This document shows positions 1 through 9,771 of a stretch of 59,472 nt of DNA, in pieces; positions within the stretch are counted from its first letter, which is position 1; every line of letters starts with the position of its first letter. The stretch is from a virus. Its lineage: Duplodnaviria > Caudoviricetes. A program made the position numbers and the translations under genes. The DNA lies in the IMG/VR virus record IMGVR_UViG_3300047649_000011, positions 1-59,472 of that record; one strand, 5' to 3'. The notes beneath the pieces are model-generated. The model searched no databases. It saw only the letters and a list, made by a program, of their open reading frames with translations, and had not been told where the DNA came from.

Positions 1-127
1 ACGCCCCCAAAACGATAATGGAAGAGCGCGATATTTCCTGTGCCATTGTATTTAATCCATATTTGAGAACGAGACTCTACGTACCATATCCGGCATGTAC
101 TGTCCGTATTTTGTCGGAAGAATGTAT
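1..127. repeat. Terminal direct repeat (copy 1), most likely circular assembly overlap
   Basis: Bases 1-127 are identical to 59346-59472; 127 is a common assembler k-mer and an ORF reads through the junction. Confidence 0.95.
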
Positions 128-1583
128 TCCATGTTCCACCTACGCTTGGAATCGCTTTCTGAACTGATCCGTAGGCTTGTGTGGTCTGTATTGCGTCAAA
201 TCCATTAGAACCAAAAAGAAATACATTATTATCAACTACGCAGACACAATTAGCATTTGCTACATCCATATCACGTGAAGCTTCGTAAATAGCGTAATTT
301 GATAATGTTGGGTCTCCAAATATGCGATAAGCCCTCTTAGGGGTCTTAAACACCATTATGTCAGTACTTAATGCCGCCGTAGCTACCGTTGAAGCCGAAT
401 CTTTATATCCTACAGGTTGAGTAAATGCAGAAGAAGGATCATTAGGATTATTAGTCCACGCCGCCACCGTTGCATAAGCGCCAATAGCAGAATAATATTG
501 ATTATCGTCACCGGCTTTAGTACATTCAATTCTACCGTCTTTATCAATGATACTATCAACATTCGGCAAATTATCAACTACCGTATAATTTCCAACAGGA
601 CTTGCATTGCCAACGCCTGCAGTTGTATTTACCGATGTAGGTTCATTGGTGATACCTGCCGCCGTTCCATTAGAGATAGCAATATTTAGAGTAGAATCAT
701 TGCTTGCGTCCTTTACAGCCGTTAAGACAACTGTTGTAGTAGATCCAGAAGGATTAGTGGCAGTGTATAATGCACTGAGTACAGTATCAGCGGCTAATGT
801 CGCTACGATAGCCGCCGCTACTTGTGAAGCAGTATAACCATCAACAACTGACACTGGGTAAGTTTTAGGAGATCCAGTAAGTCCGGCCGCGGTAACGACC
901 ACTGAAATATTGCCGGTTGCTGTTACAGTGCCAACTACAGTTGCCGTATTAACTTGTAGAACTCCTGGTGTTGCGGTATCCATTACGTAGGTGAAAGTAG
1001 TTGTGCTAGGAACTGAAGCAATAAGAAAGCTGCCATTATAATTACTAGGACTAGCACCCGATACTGTGATTTGCGCCCCAGCTAATAGATTGTGTGCTGT
1101 AGCCGTAGTTACTGTAGCTGTTGTATAGGAATAAGTAATACTTGTTATTGTAGCTGGCGTAGGCAATGACAGAGTCGTAAATGTTGCTCCATTGTAATAT
1201 TGAGGAACACCGCCTGATGTAATGAAAAGTTTATTGTCAAAATGATGGTACTTTGCAGGATTAGCCCCGGATAATGCTCCTAATAAAGTTGGTACTGAAA
1301 TAAGATTAGTTTCATAAACATTTCCCCCGGCAGAAAAAAAGTACGAATTAAGTACATTAGAATAAAAAAAAGAGTCTATATTAGCACTCTGAAGAGTAGT
1401 TTGCATAAGCGTTAATCCCGGTGAAGTGACTAACGAATTGTCATTTGGATCATATTCACAATTGCTTAGTTCATAAAATCCATTTGGAGGAGTTCTTTCA
1501 GGTGGCAAATTCAATGCCCCCGCCGAAAAGTCAGTTAAGGTGATCGTCTGTGAATCAGGGATTTTTGATTTTAGATATCTCAC
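1..1583 (-). CDS. Tail nozzle / DNA stabilisation protein (P22 gp10-like), 5' part; continues across the origin to 58868 (~686 aa)
   Basis: GTG at 1583 after AGGAGGTGG; MRYLKSKIPDSQTITLTDFSAGALN...; in frame with ORF 58868..59317 via the terminal overlap; follows the adaptor gene. Confidence 0.75.
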   Translation of the reverse strand, partial: MRYLKSKIPDSQTITLTDFSAGALNLPPERTPPNGFYELSNCEYDPNDNSLVTSPGLTLMQTTLQSANIDSFFYSNVLNSYFFSAGGNVYETNLISVPTLLGALSGANPAKYHHFDNKLFITSGGVPQYYNGATFTTLSLPTPATITSITYSYTTATVTTATAHNLLAGAQITVSGASPSNYNGSFLIASVPSTTTFTYVMDTATPGVLQVNTATVVGTVTATGNISVVVTAAGLTGSPKTYPVSVVDGYTASQVAAAIVATLAADTVLSALYTATNPSGSTTTVVLTAVKDASNDSTLNIAISNGTAAGITNEPTSVNTTAGVGNASPVGNYTVVDNLPNVDSIIDKDGRIECTKAGDDNQYYSAIGAYATVAAWTNNPNDPSSAFTQPVGYKDSASTVATAALSTDIMVFKTPKRAYRIFGDPTLSNYAIYEASRDMDVANANCVCVVDNNVFLFGSNGFDAIQTTQAYGSVQKAIPSVGGTWNTFFRQNTDSTCRIWYVESRSQIWIKYNGTGNIALFHYRFGG

Positions 1584-1606
1584 CTTTACCACCTCCTAGA
1601 ATTATA

Positions 1607-2269
1607 TTACCAATACCTGTTTCTTCTACTACCATAACTGCGATATCCCTTGCAAATTGAATGTCTTGGTCCGCCTAAATTTGAAATGTTTTCTTCAATC
1701 TGTTGTTTGAACAATGACACCATACTTGTTTCTCCACTTACATCTGCGCCATTTCTCATTCCTGCCCGCATAGTAGCATATTCTACAATGACATCTTCTA
1801 ATTCAAGTGGAAGTCCCAAATCATCTGTTGCTGATAAGTTTTCGTCTAATCCAGCGATCCATTGTATTTCATATTGATGAGGATGTACGCTATGCGGAGT
1901 TATCTTAACTTGATTGAATCCCATTAAGATAAAGCCATATCCTTCTTTTCCATCACCATTAAATTCGTCGTCGTCGTCAAATTCGTCATGTCTATGTTCG
2001 TCTGTCGTGACTTCAAATATTTGTCGATGGTTGCAACGAAAATCAATGATTCTCATAATGTTTTTAGGAAATGTTATTGTGCTACCCGAAGTTGTTCCAG
2101 TAAGAGGTGGTTCCATCAAAAGTCTTGGCCTGATTTCATAGATACTTCGGCGCATCATGCGATTACCTTGGTTGATGTAATTTAGTAGTTCAGGCGGTAG
2201 GTAGGTTACTTGTGATGGATCGTTTACTTCAACAAGTATTTGGTCCATTAATGATTGTAATATACTCAT
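1607..2269 (-). CDS. Head-tail adaptor protein
   Basis: Helical ELLNYINQG...LEDVIVEYATMRA pattern typical of podovirus adaptors; upstream of nozzle gene. Confidence 0.65.
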   Translation of the reverse strand: MSILQSLMDQILVEVNDPSQVTYLPPELLNYINQGNRMMRRSIYEIRPRLLMEPPLTGTTSGSTITFPKNIMRIIDFRCNHRQIFEVTTDEHRHDEFDDDDEFNGDGKEGYGFILMGFNQVKITPHSVHPHQYEIQWIAGLDENLSATDDLGLPLELEDVIVEYATMRAGMRNGADVSGETSMVSLFKQQIEENISNLGGPRHSICKGYRSYGSRRNRYW

Positions 2270-2508
2270 CTGTTATCACTTCTTTTATTGCTAAATCCTA
2301 CTGGATTTTTGCTTTTTAATGTTTCTTTAAAGGTATTCTTGTGATCATAACGATAATAAAAGAAGCAACAAATAACTACGCATATTAAGATTAAAAAAAT
2401 AGTCGGGACAACAAATTGACCTTGCTGGTAATTATTTGTTCCAATTTCTATATAGGAATTCACGATATTATTCCCCCTGATCAAGAACGGTATATTCAAC
2501 GTTTCCAC
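2266..2508 (-). CDS. Small membrane protein, unknown function
   Basis: One hydrophobic segment; overlaps adaptor start. Confidence 0.4.
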   Translation of the reverse strand: METLNIPFLIRGNNIVNSYIEIGTNNYQQGQFVVPTIFLILICVVICCFFYYRYDHKNTFKETLKSKNPVGFSNKRSDNR

Positions 2509-2582
2509 AAATTGGGCAAGTATATCTACCTGTAGTGGAATCGTAGTTCATTGTTTCGCCACAAATAAAGCAACGTTTAGTA

Positions 2583-2930
2583 TCAGCCATTCAAAATCGC
2601 CTCCTGTGCTGCCAACAAGGCCGTCTTTAATGTTTGGTATTCAGTTACTATTTCTGCTTGTCTAGCTGCCGTTACGGCAGAATCAGTATTGCCTAAAGCA
2701 GCCGACGCATAATCTTCTTTCAGAGCTAACATTTGGGGATGATATTGGTTATTTAAGGCATCAAGTTGCTGGTTAACAGTTAAATTTGGCCCTTTTGCAT
2801 AATTTGGAAACATAGAAGTCAATGTCGCTGTGTCAGTAGTACATGGCGGGCCTGATACTTCGCCTGCCTGCAATACATAATCATCTGGTTTAGAACAAAA
2901 TGAATAGCCATTATCACTATAGACATACAT
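2583..2930 (-). CDS. Tail fibre assembly/chaperone-like protein
   Basis: ATG at 2930 coupled (TAATG) to the tail fibre stop; size and position typical. Confidence 0.5.
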   Translation of the reverse strand: MYVYSDNGYSFCSKPDDYVLQAGEVSGPPCTTDTATLTSMFPNYAKGPNLTVNQQLDALNNQYHPQMLALKEDYASAALGNTDSAVTAARQAEIVTEYQTLKTALLAAQEAILNG

Positions 2931-4468
2931 TATAAGTTTTCCTCCCATCCAAAGCACGCCACAATAGCGATAGTTGGCGCATTATTTGCCCAATAAATAT
3001 TTGTGCTTTCTAATAACAAGCTAGCTATCTGAGATATTTGGGTCGAAGATATGCCTGCGACTATTGGCGGCGGATTGGTAACGCTATTATATGATCCATA
3101 AGCATTGTTTGGCGCGACCATTGTTGTCCCAGAATTATCTACTACAGAAATAATAATAGTCGATGCGCTTGGCGGTATAAAGTTTCCTACCGCAATTGGA
3201 GTCCAAGTAGGAACTGATATACTTCCAGTTGTTCCACTGGCCATTATCGGCATGTTAGGAGTATTTGTTGAAGTGGTTACGACATAATGAACCCTACGTC
3301 CGGCTTGTGAAGTTCGCATCAAATATTTGTTGGTATCGCAATAAACTGATCCAGTCCAGATAAAATTGCTATATCCGCTTGGCAATATAGGTGCGGTGCG
3401 AGATAAGGACATTAGGCACGATATCCCGGCGGTGCCATATATAACATGGACATAATACCACTTAGATGCTGCTAAAAGACCTGTGTCTAAGCCGGTAGCC
3501 CCTGTATTTGCCGTATTTAGTGTTAGGCTCATGCTTGTCTGAGTAAAAGGATTATAATCAGCAGTTATCGTTTCTGTCGTGTTGGATGTGACTTGTGCTT
3601 TGAAGTTTCTGATCATGCCAAAATTGTAAAGCTGTGATTGAATAACCGCTCCTAGATTTGTAAGAGCCTGCGATGGCGTTGTTGCTCCTGTTCCTCCATT
3701 AGCTATTCCAACAATTCCAGTAACATTAGAAGCCGTTCCGGTAGTGTTTTGATTCAGAGTAGGAATGTCGCTTACTTGAATAGCTTCTAATGTTGAATTC
3801 GTTCCATCACTGCGAAGAAACTTACCTGCTGATTGGGCTCCTGTAAGTGAATTAATTGCTCCTTGCTGAGTGTTAGAACCTGTTCCTCCGTTAGTGATTG
3901 AGAAAGGTACAGTCGGTATACTAGCAACTAGCGTCGCCGCTTCTTCTGCGCTGCTTTCAGCCAATTCTTTATAACTTTCTGCATTTGCTTCAGAAGTAGC
4001 TGCAGCAACTTGGCTAGCCAGTGCCGATCCAGCCGATACAGCCGATGCATTTGCTTCATTAGTTGCGGTCGCTGTAGCTGTAAGCAAATCGTTTGGCATA
4101 ATAAACGGGATTCCGACAGTGTATCCGCTATTTCCGGTCAGCAAGTCGCTAACCCTAAATGCCGCTATTGTTGAGGAATACTGTTCGCCATCGTTAAAAA
4201 CAACAATAGCCTGAATGTTATATTTACCTGCTATTGGTAAATCAGCAGAAGTTAAGTTATAAGAAACAATTCCCGATGAAGTGGGAGAAGTAATAACACC
4301 TCCCCTAGTTATTAGATTGCCAACAGGGTCTACGATGTTTAAAGTTACAGCCGTAACGTTAGCTAAATTATAAGGGATGTTGTTTTGAGATAATGCAGCA
4401 CTGAGGACTGTCCCTATATCTCCCGCATTTGGAATGCCTGTCGCAATTGTAACAGAAAGGTTTATCAC
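2930..4468 (-). CDS. Tail fibre / receptor-binding protein
   Basis: BppU-like N-terminus, Ala-rich coil, GGTG repeats (GIANGGTGATT...ALTNLG), beta-rich C-terminus. Confidence 0.75.
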   Translation of the reverse strand: MINLSVTIATGIPNAGDIGTVLSAALSQNNIPYNLANVTAVTLNIVDPVGNLITRGGVITSPTSSGIVSYNLTSADLPIAGKYNIQAIVVFNDGEQYSSTIAAFRVSDLLTGNSGYTVGIPFIMPNDLLTATATATNEANASAVSAGSALASQVAAATSEANAESYKELAESSAEEAATLVASIPTVPFSITNGGTGSNTQQGAINSLTGAQSAGKFLRSDGTNSTLEAIQVSDIPTLNQNTTGTASNVTGIVGIANGGTGATTPSQALTNLGAVIQSQLYNFGMIRNFKAQVTSNTTETITADYNPFTQTSMSLTLNTANTGATGLDTGLLAASKWYYVHVIYGTAGISCLMSLSRTAPILPSGYSNFIWTGSVYCDTNKYLMRTSQAGRRVHYVVTTSTNTPNMPIMASGTTGSISVPTWTPIAVGNFIPPSASTIIISVVDNSGTTMVAPNNAYGSYNSVTNPPPIVAGISSTQISQIASLLLESTNIYWANNAPTIAIVACFGWEENL

Positions 4469-4481
4469 TTAATCACTTCCT

Positions 4482-5069
4482 TTATACTGACGGAATAGGT
4501 TGAAAGTTAAAGGACATTGATCCATTCATCGTTCCACTAGTATAAGCAGTACATAAAACAGCTAGGTATGGGAATCCTAGTGGAATATTAAACATTCCGT
4601 TAGTTGTAATAGGGCTAGTAATAACCCCGTTAAGTGCAGCAGAAACAGGGCTAAAATTAATCCCGTCATTAGAACCGTAAAGGGTGGCACTAGCAACAAA
4701 TGTCCCAAATATTTGCAATAATGAACTAGCATATTTATCAACTGCAAGGGGCTTATAAAACGTAACGTTTGCATTTGATCCAGCCGCTGTTAACGGAGTT
4801 TCGCTATTACCTAAACATTGGACAATAGCGCTTACAATGCCGCTGTTGCTTTGAGTAACTTCTTTTACCGTTGACCATAATGGAATTCCAGTAGTAGGCG
4901 AATAAACAAGATCGCCCGTCTGTGGAGCCCCCTCTGTCATGGTTCCTAAAATTATCATATTTCCACCATTAGCCCAGCTACATCCAGTTGCCTCGCCATC
5001 TATTGGTAAAAAATATTGATTCGCTGCATCAGCCGTAAGATTTAGTTCAACTCTATTCATTGTAAGCAT
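4482..5069 (-). CDS. Putative virion structural protein
   Basis: Beta-rich ORF in the structural operon. Confidence 0.5.
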   Translation of the reverse strand: MLTMNRVELNLTADAANQYFLPIDGEATGCSWANGGNMIILGTMTEGAPQTGDLVYSPTTGIPLWSTVKEVTQSNSGIVSAIVQCLGNSETPLTAAGSNANVTFYKPLAVDKYASSLLQIFGTFVASATLYGSNDGINFSPVSAALNGVITSPITTNGMFNIPLGFPYLAVLCTAYTSGTMNGSMSFNFQPIPSV

Positions 5070-5133
5070 GTTTTTAATGCCCCCTATTTTTCCCTTTTAT
5101 GTACAGAGGGGAAATAAACCCCCTCCACAATGA

Positions 5134-5949
5134 TTAACCAAGAGTAATGACGCAAGTTGCGTTTGATAGTCCAGTTGTTACCGGAACTCCCGAAGTTGGA
5201 GATACAGTCAAAGTGACGGTATCAGCCGCAACCCCTGCCGTAGTATTAGCTGATGTTGCTTCAGTAGTAATACCTGTAGCTGTTCCGGTGGACGTTGCAA
5301 CGTTTAGAGTTGAATCGTTTGCTTTCCCAGATGTTGCCGTTAAAACTACCGTCGTTGGTGCTCCAGTTGGGTTAGTCACTGTATAAAGTGCAGTGAGTAC
5401 AGGATCAGCAGCTAAAACAGCTGCAATCTTTCCTGCTACAAGAGAAGGTGTATCATTGAGAGCTACAGGAACGGCATACGTTTTAGGAGATCCCGTCATA
5501 CCTGCCGCGGTAACCGTAACAGACGCATTGCCGGCAGCAGTTACAGTTCCTACAAGCGTAGCGGTTTCAACTTGCTCAGTACCAGTGGACCACGTACCAG
5601 AGCCGGTTATCGCAACGTCTAATACTCCCGATGCCATGTTCTGAGCACCAGCCGTAGGACTAATAATTACAGTGCCACCGCTTGAAGTAGTTGCTACTGC
5701 TAACGTCACAGGACCATCATACGAATCATGAATAAATCCGTCAGTCGTCTGCAATGTCACAGCACAGGTTACAGGATTCGCATTAAACGTGCTGTGTGAA
5801 ACAATATCAGCCGAAGGAGAGCAATTAATAACCGCATCCCCTCCAATAAGACGAAGTATCTTTTCAAAAAAGTCCCACGCACCAGCCGAACCAGTTGGAT
5901 TTCGCAGCCAATTTAGTACCGCTGTACCTGATGTAATTAAGTTAGCCAT
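5134..5949 (-). CDS. Capsid decoration-like protein with Ig-like domains
   Basis: Directly downstream of capsid, strong RBS, Thr/Ala/Val-rich. Confidence 0.55.
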   Translation of the reverse strand: MANLITSGTAVLNWLRNPTGSAGAWDFFEKILRLIGGDAVINCSPSADIVSHSTFNANPVTCAVTLQTTDGFIHDSYDGPVTLAVATTSSGGTVIISPTAGAQNMASGVLDVAITGSGTWSTGTEQVETATLVGTVTAAGNASVTVTAAGMTGSPKTYAVPVALNDTPSLVAGKIAAVLAADPVLTALYTVTNPTGAPTTVVLTATSGKANDSTLNVATSTGTATGITTEATSANTTAGVAADTVTLTVSPTSGVPVTTGLSNATCVITLG

Positions 5950-5962
5950 AATTTAGCCTCCC

Positions 5963-7237
5963 TTACTGCAATGTAGGCGTATAATCGTCTACAGCAGCAG
6001 TACATACAGTAACGCAGCCAAAGTCTTCACCGTTGAAGTTAGACTTAGCTACACCGTATATAATTCCAGTACAAAACCCGGTACTGTTCCCATAATCAAT
6101 AGTGACATGGTCTTCTACCCAGTTTGGTTCTCTAGCCACGGCCATACAACCAGCCTGTGCGCCAAGGAACAACGCAGAGCCAACCTGAGTACCATTAAGG
6201 CCACTATTAGACACAGCAACTTTATCATGAGTATGAATAACAACGCCCATGTAAACACCAGCACAACCGGAGAATATCGGGTTGTCCATTTGTCTCCACG
6301 CGGCATTAGACTGATTGGCAGCAATCCAAGTAGGATCATCTTGTAGGTCACGTTCTTGATTGGGATGAATAACCATAACGAAATATTTACCGCCGTTAAT
6401 TTTAACAGGGCGAAGTTTGGACCTTGCACCAAGATACCTGACAGCAGAATATGTCGAACCAGCAGCCGAAGTAAGCCACTTAGCAGCACAAACTAAACTT
6501 GTAGTAGACGATATCTCGGTTACATAGTTTGCTTGTGTCCCAATAGTAATCAGATCGCCAACTTGAAAATCATTAGTGAAGTTTGTTCCTGAACCAGTTA
6601 CGATATTGCTCCACTGAGTAGTAGTAACAGTGCCACCAGAAAGTGACAACGCTTTAGCATTACCAGCTAACGTAGCTTTACGCTTTGCCTGAGAAATAAG
6701 GGCACAACTCATTTTATCACCGGGCTGGATAAGAGAAACGCTCGCTCGATTTCCAGCCGTAACTATCCGATTTGGTGAAGGATTAGCCGACATAACAGTA
6801 AAGAAGTTTTGGTCAATTAATTCTTCTGCCATCCATGTAGTAAGCAACGAATGAGCGGCAGTTCGTAAATCAATCTGCGTTTTCTGTTCATCCATTTTGC
6901 CAATAAGTTCAATTGATTTCCGGTATTGGTCAACAGTAACAGAAAAACTCATAGGGGCCATTGGTTCTTCATTACCACGCGCTCGATTATCGCCAGTAAT
7001 AGCCGGGCCAATAAGTTTAGCCATTAGCGGTATAGTAACTTGATCACCAGCCGCTTTTTTTAGATCGGTATTTTTATCGATAATAAAATCAGGACCGTTA
7101 CCGATAAACTTAGCCCACCACAATTCATCCTGAGATGAACGCCACAGTTTACGTCCCCAGTATTGTTGTACAAGAGCGGGGTCTGTAGCAATTGAAGTTT
7201 TTGCAAATAATTGTAAATCAAAGTTTAGTTTGTACAT
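5963..7237 (-). CDS. Major capsid protein, N4 gp56 / DUF4043-like
   Basis: DLKKAAGDQVTIPLMAKL.G, GNEE, VIHPNQERDL, NPIFSG..G.Y.GVVIH, ALFLGAQA motifs; N-terminal LQLFA. Confidence 0.85.
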   Translation of the reverse strand: MYKLNFDLQLFAKTSIATDPALVQQYWGRKLWRSSQDELWWAKFIGNGPDFIIDKNTDLKKAAGDQVTIPLMAKLIGPAITGDNRARGNEEPMAPMSFSVTVDQYRKSIELIGKMDEQKTQIDLRTAAHSLLTTWMAEELIDQNFFTVMSANPSPNRIVTAGNRASVSLIQPGDKMSCALISQAKRKATLAGNAKALSLSGGTVTTTQWSNIVTGSGTNFTNDFQVGDLITIGTQANYVTEISSTTSLVCAAKWLTSAAGSTYSAVRYLGARSKLRPVKINGGKYFVMVIHPNQERDLQDDPTWIAANQSNAAWRQMDNPIFSGCAGVYMGVVIHTHDKVAVSNSGLNGTQVGSALFLGAQAGCMAVAREPNWVEDHVTIDYGNSTGFCTGIIYGVAKSNFNGEDFGCVTVCTAAVDDYTPTLQ

Positions 7238-7253
7238 AAATTACACCTCGTTT

Positions 7254-8714
7254 TTAGGTCCTAGGCCATTCGCCTCTTTTACCCGCAGTTTCAAGATAGA
7301 GTCGATATTGTGCGGGTATTTGCTCGAACATTTCTGAAGGACCGTCTAAATATTTTTTAATTTTTTCTTGCGTCCAAGCATTGCTTGCCGTACTACCAGA
7401 CGGGGGAATATTATGGTTTCTAGGCAAGTTTTGAAGTGTTTGAAGCTTTTTCTGTGTTGCAGCAACAACGTTATTAGCAGGTTCTGTATTAGCAGGCTCC
7501 GTAGAAAAAGAATCAACCTGCTCCAGTTGTGCTGGTTCAGGTTGAGATTGTGAAGCGATCTTTTGTAGGCCAAGATTATAACGGCACATTTGCCAAAACG
7601 TTTTTACGTTAAAATCATCTTGGGGGGTTGGCTGACCGAATTTGTTAGGCTCTTTATATGCCAGCCGATAGAACGCGTTCGAAATAATTTCTTTCTGGTC
7701 AGGTGGCAAAGCAGCAATTTGTTTATCCGCATATTGCAAAAGTTCAGGCGTATCAGCTTGTGCAGATTCCTGTTGCCACCAGTCACGAAATGAAGAAACA
7801 GTTGTTTGTACGCGTTCCTGTTCCTTGCGTTGTTTAGCTTGATCTTCTTGAAACTTAACCTCGTAACGTCTGTTAATATCACTTTCAAGCCTTGTAATCG
7901 CTCTTTGATCAGCTAATACGCCGGCAGAGTCTTCAAAAAAATCGGTGCGTGGATCGCGTCGATACATTTTTTTGAATTCATCCAATGCCTGATTTTCAAT
8001 TGCATCCATATACACCATTCCGGGGTGCTGGGGTGCTTGTACTTGCTGTCCAGACTGCTGTGGCTGTGTCGGAGTCTGTGCGCTTTGTTGTGGCGAAAAT
8101 TGGATAGGCGCAGATTGGGGCGGTTGAATGGCCGGTGGAATATTTTGCGGTACTTGGTTATTAATCTGTTGCTGTAAAAATGGTAGACTTGTTGCCGGAG
8201 TAGGCACTGTTGCTGACGGTTTGGATAATTGCGCCATCTGTTGTTTTATGGCTTCAATTTCCTGTTGCCAAGCGGCTTTTTCTTGCTCACGTTCTTTTTT
8301 GATCCGTTTATTTTCCTCGCGCACTTCATGCAGCGCGACATTTAAGTTTCCTTTTTGTGCTACAGGTGCTGTGGTTTCGCCAATTGGTGCATCTTGTGCC
8401 GGTTCGGCAGGTTCTACACCTTCACTGGGTTCTTCTTCGCTTGATTCGCTGACTGGTTCTCCTTCTGGTTCTTCGGATGGTTCCATATTAGATTCTTCTT
8501 CAGTTACAGCCTCATTTGATTCGGGGTTAGGCGATTCCCCGGATGAAGTGGAATCTTCGGGTTCATCCTCTTTAGCTAAATGCTGATTATAAACATCTTC
8601 AGCAATTTTAGGGTCCATGTCATTACCAAAGTTATTAATTAAATCTTGTTTGTCTTCGGGTGGAATTTCATCGAATTTGACTCTTTGTTTACGTGCGAAT
8701 AATTGTAAGTCCAT
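7254..8714 (-). CDS. Capsid scaffolding protein
   Basis: Likely start ATG 8714 (MDLQLFARK) after CAGGAG; acidic/coiled-coil, ALHEVREENK motif; immediately upstream of capsid. Confidence 0.75.
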   Translation of the reverse strand: MDLQLFARKQRVKFDEIPPEDKQDLINNFGNDMDPKIAEDVYNQHLAKEDEPEDSTSSGESPNPESNEAVTEEESNMEPSEEPEGEPVSESSEEEPSEGVEPAEPAQDAPIGETTAPVAQKGNLNVALHEVREENKRIKKEREQEKAAWQQEIEAIKQQMAQLSKPSATVPTPATSLPFLQQQINNQVPQNIPPAIQPPQSAPIQFSPQQSAQTPTQPQQSGQQVQAPQHPGMVYMDAIENQALDEFKKMYRRDPRTDFFEDSAGVLADQRAITRLESDINRRYEVKFQEDQAKQRKEQERVQTTVSSFRDWWQQESAQADTPELLQYADKQIAALPPDQKEIISNAFYRLAYKEPNKFGQPTPQDDFNVKTFWQMCRYNLGLQKIASQSQPEPAQLEQVDSFSTEPANTEPANNVVAATQKKLQTLQNLPRNHNIPPSGSTASNAWTQEKIKKYLDGPSEMFEQIPAQYRLYLETAGKRGEWPRT

Positions 8715-8851
8715 AATGTTGCTCCTGCGTTTAACGCCCACGTGGCGATAACTTAACCTGTACGCTCGGTTAGCCGCGAAACATATCTTTAGCCCGATAT
8801 GAAGGCGCATAAAAATACCACCCGTTAAGGTGGCTATGTAAAGCGAGAGGA

Positions 8852-9250
8852 TTAATCCTGATCGCTTAAAGGTGGTAAATTAGTTTCTTTTAAAACAATA
8901 GGACCAAGCCTAGTTGGTTCTTCTACAATTGTCCCTGGATCTGGTCCTGGATCGCCGGATTCAGGTTCCAGTTCCGGTTCTGGCAAATCAATCCTATACT
9001 GGTCAATTAATCCCATTGCGTGTAAGGATAGCGCAACATCTTTCCATACGGTTATTGATGCAAGTGTGTTATTATCCCAAAATGGTTCCTTTAATTCTTT
9101 AGCTAGAACATCGATATACTGGTTGATAACCGATTCAGCCTTTTTCTGTAAATCGATAAAAGTAGGATTGACTTTTTTAGCACCTGAAGGTTTTTTCTCA
9201 GTTGTTGCTGGCTTTACAATACGGGTGCGGGTTGTTTGTTTCCTTTCCAT
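8852..9250 (-). CDS. Hypothetical protein
   Basis: ORF with RBS in head module. Confidence 0.55.
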   Translation of the reverse strand: MERKQTTRTRIVKPATTEKKPSGAKKVNPTFIDLQKKAESVINQYIDVLAKELKEPFWDNNTLASITVWKDVALSLHAMGLIDQYRIDLPEPELEPESGDPGPDPGTIVEEPTRLGPIVLKETNLPPLSDQD

Positions 9251-9332
9251 TGATAATCATTCCTTCCTAACTTTTATGTAAAAAAATAAAGGACAGGCAC
9301 CTTATAAGTGTCCATCCTTTATTAGCTACGAA

Positions 9333-9488
9333 TTAATATTCATAGCGAGTAGAAGCTCTCCGACGACGACGAGCAGGAGCCCGACGAGCAGGAGCCTTTC
9401 CACCAATAACGTGATGCTCTTCATGATGAATAATGTGAACAGTGTGTCCTGCTTTGTGGGTAGTGCGTTTTCTAGTTGCTCCGTACAT
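9333..9488 (-). CDS. Small His/Arg-rich basic protein (51 aa), not in ORF track
   Basis: AAGGAGGT RBS; MYGATRKRTTHKAGHTVHIIHHEEHHVIGGKAPARRAPARRRRRASTRYEY. Confidence 0.7.
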   Translation of the reverse strand: MYGATRKRTTHKAGHTVHIIHHEEHHVIGGKAPARRAPARRRRRASTRYEY

Positions 9489-9592
9489 ATAAATGTACCT
9501 CCTTGTGCGGGTTTACCGCAGGTAGTCAGTTTTTGATAGCGAGGTACTGCTAAACTCTTGTGCGGGGCCATAAGGCCAGCCGACTTTCTTGC

Positions 9593-9770
9593 TATATAGA
9601 ACAGGTTGATTCATACAATACGATTAAAATATCGGCTTCATAGAGCCTTCCCGGACTCAACTTCTTGGCAGGAGTCTACTCAACGCTAACGGAGTTATAC
9701 TCAACGTTCGGAGTTTATGCGGGTGATTAACCGGAGCTATGCTCAAAATCGTGTGACCTGTTTCTATACA
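9593..9770. ncRNA. Candidate structured ncRNA (multi-branched, three repeated bulged hairpins)
   Basis: Closing stem TATAGAACAGGT/ACCTGTTTCTATA, inner ACGATT/AATCGT and CCCG/CGGG, three ACTC-AA-..-GAGT hairpins; intergenic. Confidence 0.55.
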
Positions 9771-9771
9771 T

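Noticed and set aside
1-127. Physical direct terminal repeat of the virion DNA
   Set aside because: Length equals a common assembler k-mer and it lies mid-gene
9326-9571. 81-aa ORF from the track
   Set aside because: No RBS; the overlapping frame 9333-9488 has a perfect RBS and coherent composition
9654-9714. Mini CRISPR array
   Set aside because: Repeats are short hairpin arms with 2-7 nt inserts, there are no spacer-length unique segments and no cas genes
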